64,000 nt of DNA. Origin: Paramecium tetraurelia. Taxonomy: Eukaryota. Location of the stretch: positions 62,001 to 126,000 of the forward strand of contig CT868430.1 in the NCBI GenBank assembly GCA_000165425.1. The letters run 5' to 3'. The notes beneath the pieces are model-generated. The model ran no database searches, was not told where the DNA came from, and saw only the letters and a program-made list of their open reading frames with translations. The position numbers and the translations under genes are program-made. Shown piece by piece: positions 28,473 through 39,902 of the stretch (positions within the stretch are counted from its first letter, which is position 1; each line of letters starts with the position of its first letter).

Positions 28473-29747
28473 ATGGGGGCGAATTGTTAATCATGCTGTG
28501 CAAATAAAGACAATGACAATACAGAAATTAGATTACCAAAGGAGAAAACTAAGCCGAAGCCTGATAATTAGGAAAACGAGCAAAAAAAAGAGGAACAGAA
28601 AGTTTAGGTAAAAGAACATGAAAGATTTACGATTGATTAAGAATAATAAAAATAAAAGAAAGATTAAAAAAAGGAACAAAAAAGGGAATCTGCAAAGGAA
28701 GCACCTCCTAAAAATGCTGATGAGAATTCTAAAAAATCCTAAGAATTGGATAAATAATTAAATATTTCTGCCAACCATTCAGTTAGCATGAACGTAGCAA
28801 GCAATCAAGAAGGAAATGATCTGATTAAAAGTACAATGAACAGCACTGAAAGAAAGAGGTTACCCCCAATATAACTAGAGTCAGGAGCTGTATATGAAGG
28901 AGAGTGGAAAAATGGAATGAGGGATGGATCAGGAAGATAAAAATGGCCAGATGGTTCAGTTTATGAGGGAGAATGGGTCGAAGATAAGTCTTCAGGAAGA
29001 GTACTAATAAAATATTAAAATTAGGGTAAATTAACACATGCAGATGGAGATGTTTATGATGGAGAATGGAAAAATGATAAAGCCAATGGTAAAGGAACAT
29101 ATGTTCATGTAAATGGAGCCAAATATGAAGGAGAAGTAAGATTAAATTCTATTTCTAGTGGGAAAATGATAAATAGCATGGTAAAGGAGTAGAAAACTGG
29201 CCAGATGGAGCAAAATACGAAGGTCAATATTATGAAGGAAAGAAGCATGGAAAGGGTATTTTGAATTTCGCTGATGGTTCACGATATGATGGTAAAGGAT
29301 AAGTCTATTTTTCAAGGTGAGTTCCTGTAAAATGATATACATGGAGAGGGAACATATATTTGGCCTGACAAGAGAGTTTACAAAGGGTCATGGAAAAAGA
29401 ATAAGATGCATGGCAAAGGACAGATTATTTGGCAGGATGGTCGTAAATACACTGGGGTAATGATTTTGTATATTTTAGGAATATGAAGAAGATAAAAAGC
29501 ATGGTAAAGGAGTGTTTGAATGGGCTGATGGCAGAAAATACATAGGAACTTGGATATAAGGTAAGAATATTTTTCAATTGTTTTAGGAAGATAACATGGC
29601 ATCGGAATTTATTATTTATAGAACAGAGAAGTTAAAGTGGGTGAATGGAATGAAGGAAAAAGAATGAAATGGTTTGAAAAAAATGAAATTGATTAGTTAA
29701 TAGAGGAATAAAAAATAAAGAGAGAAGATTTACATTAATAGGATTGA
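28473..29747 (+). CDS. MORN-repeat protein with predicted N-terminal acylation
   Basis: MGANCQSCC N-terminus; tandem YEGEW..G..HGKG..W.DG MORN repeats; five tiny introns. Confidence 0.92.
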
Positions 29748-29931
29748 TTCATATGACTAATATTTAATCTCAATAATGCTGTTTTAATTATTAATTAGAG
29801 CAATCTGTTGTTCTGGAAAATATTTTGTTTGATTCAACTGATCTTTATTATTAGTATTTTATAATAGTATTTGTAATGCATAAAATTCAAATCGAAATAT
29901 TCTGATATATTATTATATTAAATAAGTTCAA

Positions 29932-30690
29932 ATGGCTAACAGAGAATATGATTATTTGTTTAAATTAGTTATAATAGGGAACAGTGGAGTTGGAAAGTCT
30001 GCTCTTTTATTAAGATTTGCTGATGACACTTTTAGTGAAAATTACATAACAACAATAGGAGTTGATTTTAGATTCAAAACATTAAAAGTTGATAATAAAG
30101 GCTTAAAGTTATAAATTTGGGATACTGCTGGATAGGAAAGATTCAGGACAATTACTAATGCCTATTATAAAGGGGCTGATGCGTAACTAATTATAAATAA
30201 ATTTTAGAATTGTTATTGTCTATGACACAACATGTTAGCAATCCTTTGATGATATTGAAAAGTTCTGGTTGAATGAGATAGAGAGTTATGCTGAGAAGAA
30301 TGCTGAACTCTTATTGTTGGGAAACAAATCAGATCTTAGTACAAAATAAGTTTAAAGTGAGAGAGTGCAAGAGTATGCTTAGAAAAGAAATATGATGTTC
30401 TTTGAAACCAGTGCTAAGACTGCTGATGGAGTTGAAGAAGCCTTCAAGAAAATCGCAATTAAATTAATGGCGAAAAGAAATTAATAGGTCTAGGATAAGA
30501 GGAATAAAAGAAAATAATAAAAAGTACTGTTTTATTATAAAATAAGTAGTAATCATCATCATCTTCATTGAGAACAGATGATAGTCAACAATATGGTGAT
30601 GGGAAATAGGATGATGAAAAAAGTAATGTCAATTTATGGGCAAATAATAGCACAGAATAGGCAAAATAAGGTTAACAATGCTAATGTTGA
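29932..30690 (+). CDS. RAB1: Rab1-like small GTPase
   Basis: [48 protein letters not shown]-terminal CQC prenylation motif. Confidence 0.9.
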
Positions 30691-31135
30691 ATATATAAAT
30701 GAATCTGTTAAAATATATTTAGATGTGCAATAATTCTCTCAGTTAAATTTATTGCCCAGTAAATTAGTTTATGTGAAATAAGTTTCTAAATAAATTAACC
30801 TCTATTTAATATCTTAAGTCTCTTGATGTTCTATTAATTTTGATATATTTCAGAGTTATTATCATAATAAAAGATTAAAAATTGTTAAACTTCAAATTTG
30901 AATACTGTTATTGATTAAGATTTTATAAGAAATATTTATTTTTAGAATGGTTTAATTTATATTGTGTCTTAAAAGAAGAGTTGGCAATCTAATTAAAGCC
31001 TCCTTTTTTTTGCGAAGTTATTAAAAACGGCATAATAATTTGGAAAAGTAATCAAATTATTCTTATTTCTTAATATGAGATACAAGTTTATTGATTAAGA
31101 ATTGTTAAAGAAAAGTATAAATATGAATTTTAGAA

Positions 31136-31483
31136 TCATTAGTTTTTTTATATCTATGGATTTACCCAATCTAGATAAGGTTTCTAATTTATCAACTTTT
31201 AAACTAGTTTTCCAATAGCAATTGCAGGTTCTTTCTGATTAAATTAACAATGAACGATGTTTAGATTAAACTTAACCTTTTTCTTGCCCTCCTTTTTTTT
31301 ATTGCCTCCTTCAATCTTATTTTGCGGAGTTTCTTATATAGAGTTATTGGTTTATGATAAGTATTTATTTGTAAAGTCATCTGCGCATTAAGTGTCATCA
31401 ATATCATGATTTTAGTAAATTTCTAAAGGTTACATAAAGATAGACTTAGGTCCTATCAGAGTACTTGAATTAAATTAGATCAT
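31136..31483 (-). CDS. Small hypothetical protein (115 aa) with KKVKF motif
   Basis: Intronless ORF MIQFNSSTLIGPK...KKKVKFNLNIVHCQFNQKEP...KNQ-TGA. Confidence 0.7.
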
Positions 31484-32399
31484 ATTATTATTTCTTATAA
31501 AAAGAACTAAAATATATTTCATATCAGCAATAAATAATCCATGGTTGAGCTCACTTCATACAAAAATCGATTTTGAGCAATTTTTATCACCTTGAGAATG
31601 ATATAACTTGGACTGATGCTAACATTTATAGTATTGCAATATCTAAGGTTTTATTTATGCTTGATAATGGGTTTCGATTGAGATTATAGACTGTATCTTT
31701 AAGATTATTCAATTTCATCATGTAACAAAGTCACTTTGGAAGCAATTGAGAAATAAATTCGGATAAATGTGACTCTGTCGCAACTTTTATATTATTTTTA
31801 TTAATTTTTTATTTTGTTTAACCAAAAAAAAAGTGAAAAATCATACATGCTAAGTTTGTTTAGAGTATCCTAATATGAATTACAATCTACACTTAACTCA
31901 TGACCTTACTTTAAATATAAATTATTATAATTGTAGATCTAACTATAGATATTTCTAATATTATGTTGAGATTAAAATTGGCATAGTAAATCAAAAAGAT
32001 CATTTTGCTAGGAAATATCGGTAAGTAATAAGTATAATAATTTAATTTGCAGTTATTTGATGGATTTATATTAAATCTACAAACAATTATATTTGGATCT
32101 ATGATTGTAGGGCATTTTTTAATTAAATGCCCATTTATGTGTCCTTAAATAAGTGTATTATTGGTTGAACTTTAAATTTCTATTTACATAGAGCTATTGT
32201 AACATAATCTCGTCCTTTAAACTACTATTGCAAATATTATTGTTGAAGTATTTTATTTTCGATTTATTTATTATTTATCGAAATTGGAATATTTCAATTT
32301 GTTTCACCACTTAATATTGAGCGTATTAACAATTTAAGTGATTACTTTCAATTAAAGTGGAATTAATGTTGTTTTTTCAAGTCTTGCAAAATTGATTAT

Positions 32400-33000
32400 G
32401 TTATGTCATGTTTGTTTTTTTTCCTGGCATCATATTGAATCCGCTTCATATATTGTTTTAATTGTTCTACTATGATTTAAAGTAATAATTATATTATCAT
32501 TTCTTAATAGATATTTTTATTTGTCCATTCAAGAATGTGATATCATTTGAGATATTGTGAATTTCTCACTTGAATCTATATTTAATATGTTTTAAGATCT
32601 TTCCATCACTTTTTAACCATTTTAGGAATATCATTTCCTTACGATAGATGATTTGAGTAGAATTTTTTAATTTTCTGTAATTATTTCCCTTGATTTTTGA
32701 GAAATAATTAAATGTTTATAAAGTTGTATTACAGATAGGCCCACTGAGCAAATTAAAGGTTCCTAATAGAATTAAATATTTAAAAATATGCTTTATTTTA
32801 TCCTCTAGCAAATTAAAATTTGAGAAACCACTAAAATATATTTCTTTATTTTTATCTATAATCTCATAAATTTAAATTATGCTTAGATGCTTCATCTTTT
32901 TAAGGAATTTTATTTCTTTTGCAATGAGATTCACATACATCTCATCCATACATGCCTTCTTTAAATTTTTTAAAGTCCCCCCATTAAACGAGACATCAAA
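32400..33000 (-). pseudogene. Decayed SNF1/AMPK-CAMK-type protein kinase
   Basis: IAKEIKFLKKMKHLSIIQIYEIIDKNKEIYF (subdomains III-V) and ILNIDSSEKFTISQMISHS* (subdomain XI); catalytic core missing, frameshifts and TGA; boundaries approximate. Confidence 0.7.
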
Positions 33001-33183
33001 AATTTGTTCACTACTTTTAAAAATGAATTGCAATTTCATTTTATTTAATGCGTTGCCTCCTCATGTCTTCTATAATTAATAATTATCTAAAATTTGATTC
33101 TTATATTTCCATACACTTGCATTTTCATTTATATAAAAGGGGAATATAGGTGTATACATTTATTATTAATTATTAATAAAAAG

Positions 33184-35317
33184 ATGGGTAACATAGAAAG
33201 CGCTGAAGGGGAGAATCTTCCAGAGTTAAAAAAAATGAAACTCATTTCTGATAAAGGGGTTTATAAAGTGTTTGAGAGCCCTGAGAACAATAAATACGAT
33301 TTCTGGTCGCTTAAGTCTAAAGACTACCCTTTTGAAGAGGAAAATAAAATAGCTTTAGAATTAAAAAATAGGGATTCGATCGGAATAGCGAAAATTGAAA
33401 ACATTATGTTAACCTCTGTTGACAAACTATTTTCAAAGTACTATATCTTGAGCATTTTAACTGAACATCCCCTATACAATCTAAGAGAATATTTATAAAA
33501 GAAGGCAAAAGATTAAAGTTTAGATTAAAAATAAATCACAGACCTTTTAACTTGTGTGGTAAATGCATAATACTTGCTTGGATCGAAGAAGCAATATCTG
33601 GGCTTTGATAACATTCATACTAATGATGGTAAATCTTGGAAGATCAAACCGTTTGTTCAGACAAAATCATTCTATTAAGAAATACAAGAGTATAAGTCAA
33701 AAAATTTACGTAATTTTGACTTGTCAGGCTTCCCATCACCAGAGGAATTCCATTAGAACAATTGCGACCCTGATAGAGTATAAATCTTTGGGTTGGGAAT
33801 GCTAATTTTAGAGTTGATCACAAGTACTATTATGTATATGGTGTAGGAATGAAAAGCAAAGATATATATTCAAAATTTCAGATCAACGAAGCTCTGCTTG
33901 CTCAACGGATAGAGAACCTCATGACTTATAAAAAACAATTTACAGGAAGATTTATTGAATTAATAATTGAGATGTTAGATTTAGACATAGTTAGAAGACC
34001 TAATTATTATCAGTTGTATACTAAGTTGTCCTCAAATGAGTCAAAAATTGAGTCTGAGTTTAAAGATCCTTTAGTTTAACCAATTGATGAAACTATTACT
34101 ATTAAATCTAATCTTTTCAAACCACCTAGTTAAAAAATAGATGATCATCATATTATTGACGCAGTTTCTAATATTTAATAGTCAGGAAACAATAAATTTG
34201 ATTATCATTAAGTCACTGCTAGTAAAGCATAGTTGCCTTAAGTCAGTAAAGTAGATGACAATCTTCAATACATCGGTAGTAGTTATGAAGGATAACGTCA
34301 TGGAAAGGGTAATTATAATCATATAAGGATTTAGGCAAGCTATTTACATAAGGTAATTAGCTGGTTTACGAAGGAGATTTTCATTAAGGAGACTTTCATA
34401 ATACAGGCAAATTCTATAACTTGAAAGCTCAAATGTTGAAAGAGAACTTCTATTATAATGATTGCACTAAAATAGATCAATATGCATCGAAGTATGAAGG
34501 ATCATTTTAATTTGGAAAGTATTATTGTTGAAATAAATAATTTAGGAAACACGGATAAGGCAAGTTATTTTTAACTAATGGAGAAATTTTCATTGGAAGA
34601 TTTGCTAATGATTTGATAGATGGGTAAGGGAAATTTGAACTAAATAATTAAATAAAGTTTTCAGGAGTCTGGGAGTCAGGCAGATTGTTATCTAATAATT
34701 AACAATAGCAATCATTTTAAAATCATAATCCTTCATATAATGAACAATTTGAAGGTATAAGCAAATTGGATACAAAGAGAAGTTAATAATTCGACACTTA
34801 AGCACTTGGGGATACTTAAACTCATAATGTCCTCTCCGATATTAAATAGGAAAATGAATCGCGATTATATTATGATGATAATAAAACCTAGATTAAATAT
34901 GTTGGAAGTGTGAATCAAGGTTTAAAACATGGAAAAGGGATATTGTATTTCAAAAAGGGGGGGCCTTAATATGAAGGACATTTTAAGAACGATTAATATG
35001 ATGGCTAGGGAATACTCTATAATGAAAATCCAGTGTTTGAAGATTAGATTAATTACTCACTACTAAGAGAAGTGCAGATTAAAGGCTATTGGAGGACTTA
35101 TAAGGGAGAATTTAAAAATGGGCAGTAATTTATATTCAATAAATGTAGAAAATGCGGACAAGGAATTTGGGATTTGACTAACAACGCCGAATTTGAGGGC
35201 TTTTTCGATATGGATCTTCCGAATGGAGAAGGTTATATAAAGAGAACAAATCATGATTACTTTACAGGGAAGTGGGAGAATGGAGAATTAACAATGGTGA
35301 TTTCTGGTAAATTATGA
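33184..35317 (+). CDS. Kinase-like (probable pseudokinase) domain + MORN repeats
   Basis: MGN start; FPSPEE, QIFGLGMLILELIT, EMLDLDIVRRP kinase C-lobe remnants without HRD/DFG; C-terminal YEG.F..G..HG.G repeats. Confidence 0.82.
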
Positions 35318-35349
35318 ATCACTCACTATTCAGTGATCAATATTATATG

Positions 35350-35709
35350 TCATTCATCAATTATTACATAATCTTAATTGACACATACTCTTTTAGATTC
35401 ACTTTCCGAGACTAATTAATATGAAGCTTTTCTTTTGTCTGAATTCGATTCATCTTTTGTGATTGAAGATGTAAGAATCAATGATTCATAATTATTCTCA
35501 TTGAGGTTATCATCAATGCTCTAGGCTTCTTATTACTGATCTCCTTAATTTTAATGCTATTCAATGTTTTGATCTACAGGATGGCCTTGACTATTATGAT
35601 CAATAACCAATTGAGGATCTTTGCCTTAAGATGCCTTGAATATAAAATTATGTGCCTTTGAAATCCAATGATCAAATTTTCTATTTAATTTTGCTGCACT
35701 ATTTCCCAT
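35350..35709 (-). CDS. Small hypothetical protein (119 aa), possible N-myristoylation
   Basis: Intronless ORF MGNSAAKLNRKFDHW...VIIDE-TGA. Confidence 0.65.
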
Positions 35710-35809
35710 TTAGTGGATTATTTTTAACTGAATTATATATTAACATATATATTTTATAAGGTTTTATATATATTTCTATTCTATAAGAAATATAAAATGA
35801 ATTTTCAAT

Positions 35810-36507
35810 TCAATTAACTAATTTGTCCCATTTTTCGAAGTCCTTGTATCTAACAACAAAATCATTCTGATTTCTTTTTGATAAAGACACATTCTATTGC
35901 TAGATCAAATTGATACAGTAATAAATGATTTACCATCATCTCCAGCATTCTCAAACAACTAACAAAACTCATCGAAATCCAATTAGGTTCCATGAAAGTC
36001 ACCTAAGATTGAATCCAATTCTAAATTTAATTCAAATTCTCTTTTTATCGTTTCAATAATTGTAGATTTTAATACAAATCCTGATTTATCAAGTTAACCC
36101 CCCAAGGCACAGAATGCATCAACTACACGTTAATATATAACATTACTGTATTCTTGAGTGATGGTTTCTTCTTCGTTTAGTTACTACTAGTATTGTTTTA
36201 ATTTACAATACAAATCACAAACCTGCTTAAAGTCAAGAAACTTTGCGTTCATTATTTTTAATTCCTCATTAAACCTAGCTATCAACTTTTCATTGTCTAA
36301 CAGTTTAAGATCTTAATTATTAAAAATGTAACTACCTCTTAGAACGTCATCCACTTCATGTTTGCCTACATATCCAGTCCCTTTGGTATCAAATTTTTTC
36401 ACTTCCACGATAATCTCGTTTACTTCGTCCTAACCCAAATTAAACATGCTCTTGGCTTGTTGAATCATGTCTTGGTAATCCGCATTTATCGTTTGCTTTC
36501 TTTTCAT
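35810..36507 (-). CDS. EF-hand protein, resembling calmodulin-like outer-arm dynein light chains
   Basis: FDTKGTGYVGKHEV EF-hand; DAFCALGGQLDKSGFV...IKREFEL...LDFDEF; three introns. Confidence 0.75.
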
Positions 36508-36543
36508 TTTTATAAATTTTATTAATAATTTAATAAACCTAAA

Positions 36544-37043
36544 ATGTCATTAATAGATTATATAGAGGATGATTAAACATACTAATTTACAAAGTATATA
36601 CATCTTGTCAAGGTATTCACATCCTCCATCCTATTAGACTGAAGAAGACAAAGTACTCTTCGATAGATTCGCCTATGGAATTTGCAATCCTTAGATTAAA
36701 TATAGGAATGACAAACAATAAAAGAAAATGATAATCCTTACCATCCTACAACTGTGTTAAAGGTAATAAACAATAATTAAAATATAGAAGTAAGACTGTG
36801 ACTTTCGATTAAATTCAATAAGCCTGCTATTTAAATTCACGAGCAGACATCGAATCATTATTAATTGATCTTATTCAAAAGGAATTGATTATTGGATCCA
36901 TTGACGATCAAAAAGGGTGTTTAAATATCTAAAGATGCATCAGCAGAGATGTTAGAAAATCTGATATTCCAGATATGAAGAATTAGATCGAAATCATGTA
37001 CGAAAGAGTAAAACATTTGAAGGAATAGTTAAAAAAATAATGA
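36544..37043 (+). CDS. Short PCI-domain protein, COP9 signalosome subunit 7-like
   Basis: FDRFAYG, KKMIILTILQL, IESLLIDLIQKELIIGSIDDQKG, CISRDVR; two introns. Confidence 0.7.
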
Positions 37044-37135
37044 ACGGAATTTATTTTAATAATTAAATAAATTGTGAATGTGGCATATTACTTTAGATTT
37101 ATTATTAAATGTACGGTATTATAATCGTAAACAAA

Positions 37136-37352
37136 TCAATTGATGTTAAGCTTAGTTCTTCTCCAGTGTCTACGTTTTGAATTATATCTAGAATGAGACT
37201 AAAATTCAATCATTACCTGATTGTGTTATCTGTTCTATATCTAAACCAATTTGGAAGAGGTCTATTTTGCTTATTTGCTTTGATCAATCTCTTCTTCATT
37301 CTCAATGATTTGTGTGCTCCCTAAGATAAACATAAGTGAAACTCATTACCAT
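37136..37352 (-). CDS. RPL39: 60S ribosomal protein eL39
   Basis: [52 protein letters not shown]; two introns. Confidence 0.97.
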
Positions 37353-38069
37353 TTTAAATCTTTTTTTTAATTTATTTAATAATTTGTTTTTTATATACAA
37401 TATTCAACTATTATTATAAGAAATGAGAATTCATATATTTAAGCATCTAAAAATCATAAAGAGCTTTAAAGTTTTAAATATAGCTAATTCATCTTTGCTA
37501 TGATTAAATCAAATTTATAGGGAGTATTAATATCTCATTCAATATTACGATGTTTATGATGATTTTTATTGAAAGATAATTAAATTTATATAAATGATAT
37601 TCTAATGAGCTTTAGTCCATTCATCAGATTAAAATTAAGGTAGCAATTTAATAGGATTCAATTAGCTATTTGGAATACGAGTTAAAGTTTCAAAGGGTGG
37701 TTGAGTATTCGTAAGATATTCCAAAAATCTATAGTTTTTAATTGAAATAGTTGAAAAACGAATTTAAATTATCAATTCTTATATCAATCTTAAAAAAACT
37801 ATCCACTAAATTCACTCAATCTCAAATAAGAATTTTAAATGTTAAATGAGTTAATAAATACGTTTATCAAGGTATGATTAGGTTATTCAAGCATTCTCCA
37901 TAAATGATTTTACTATCTTAATAAGTTGAACAGAAATGAATTATTAATTTTAGTTACATACAATTTATTCTGAGATGTATCAATTTTATGATGATACATT
38001 AATATTTTTATAATAACAATGACTTATTATTATTTTCATTTTAATCAAACCTTATCATAAGAATTAATA

Positions 38070-38978
38070 ATGGAAATGTTGGAAAATTCAGATGCAATAG
38101 TCAGCGATGACGATTCTTTGAAGTTGGATTGCAGAATTATAGTGCCAAAGTTTAAGAAGGAAGAATATGATACATTTTAAACCGAAACCTATACATCAGT
38201 TGTGGCAAGAGTGAAATAGATTAGATCTAATTCATAAGAATTCAGATTCCTCTAGTCCAATCAAGTTAGTCCTTTATGTTCCCTAAATTTCACCTATAAA
38301 AAACTAATTTAATGCACTTAGCTAAATTTAGATGATGAATCAAATATATCAAAAGAAGTGTCACACTTTCTTCCAGTCTAAAGATAGAGAAATGTTCGTA
38401 AATCAATTAGAAAGGACAACATTCTCTAAAGTCCTTCAGGTTCAGTAGAACATATAGGCAATTCCCAGACCCCAATAAATCAAGAATATAATTCAATTAG
38501 AATGCGAACTCAAATTATTCAACCATTATAAAAACAATCTTTAATAAGATAAGGTAAAAGATAATTAACTTAAACATATAAAAGCTGTGCTTTAGAAGTA
38601 TCACCCATTAAAATTACTAGGTTTTCATAAAGATAAATTTACGTAACTTAATTGGTGAACACCAACTAAGAACCTTTATAAGAAAAGTTGAGTCTTGTAT
38701 AATTGGAGAACAAGGAGAAACTTTGCAAATTGCCTTTAAGACTATTCAGAAGTAAAACAAACACAGTTAAATTTACTAAACAAAATACTTAACCGAAAAG
38801 CATCCTCAAGAGTAAATTATGCCTTAGTGAAGATGGAAGACGAAGAAAAAGTTTTTTGTAAGAATCGCAAAATGTAATTAAAAAAGTAAGCTTTCATTAA
38901 ATCAAAATACCTTATTCTGTTTCACTAAGAAACAAGAAAGAAGCTCTGTATCAACAATAATACATTAGAATATAATGA
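38070..38978 (+). CDS. Hypothetical protein with SILK and KKVSF motifs
   Basis: Intronless ~300-codon ORF; C-terminal PKSILK...KKVSF. Confidence 0.75.
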
Positions 38979-39054
38979 TATTTTATATAACTCTTTATAC
39001 AATTTTTATGTTTATTTATTTATTTTATTTGAATGTAATCGTTATTTTTAAATT

Positions 39055-39855
39055 ATGAATTTGAGACTGAAAAACTCTAACTATATGGTTGGTAACAATG
39101 ACCTCACTAGATTGAGAAGAGCCCGACTTATTTAACCGAGTCAACCTGAATCTAAGTCTTTAGCCACTGTTAAAATGAATTTATCTCCAGAACTGAAACC
39201 AAAAAAATAGAAAACCATTCATCACGATAGTGTCTAGGACGAAAACATTCTCAATTAGAAATAAATGGAAAAAAGCAAAATTTATTAAGCCAAATTATAA
39301 GAATTATTAAGTCTGAGGAAAAGTATAGAATTATTAATAATTTGAGGCAGTCTAACTCCATTATTAAAATAATAAATTAATAGGCAACAAACGATTATTA
39401 AGCATTAGCCTGATTTTCTGAAAGACCAAGATTTATATGGCAGAATCAGAAGACAAAGCATAGAAAATCTATAAACCTAAGAAAAATCAAAGAATTTTGT
39501 CTTAAAGTCCTCTTAGGAATGCACTCAAAAAAAAAGAATTTAGAATAGCCAGAAATCAGCCAATTATATCAATGGAGCACCCATTCTCAATAGAAGTGTT
39601 TCGCAATTTACCTGTCTAACTCCAAAGAAAAAGGAAAACAATTCTTTTAGTCTTTAATAAAAGGAATGCATTAAGAGGTAAAAATTTGAAAGTCTGATCA
39701 ACCTGTTCATCAACATAAATATAGAAAATATAGTTATAGCCTTCAATTCAATCAAAAGCAAGGCACCAATGTTACCATTCATCAAAGAACTAGAAAGGAG
39801 AAAAGAAGACTTCTAGTAAAAAAGGTTTTTTATTTAATTAGTTAAAGCGTAATGA
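39055..39855 (+). CDS. Hypothetical basic protein
   Basis: MNLRLKNSNYMVG...; needs a 24-nt intron 39323-39346 ending GAG. Confidence 0.65.
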
Positions 39856-39902
39856 TGATAATTTATTTGTCAATTATAAACAGATAGATATTAATAATAA
39901 AA

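Noticed and set aside
37400..38060. Long spacer with short open stretches, possible pseudogene or retained IES
   Set aside because: No recognisable protein motif and no convincing TA-bounded IES ends
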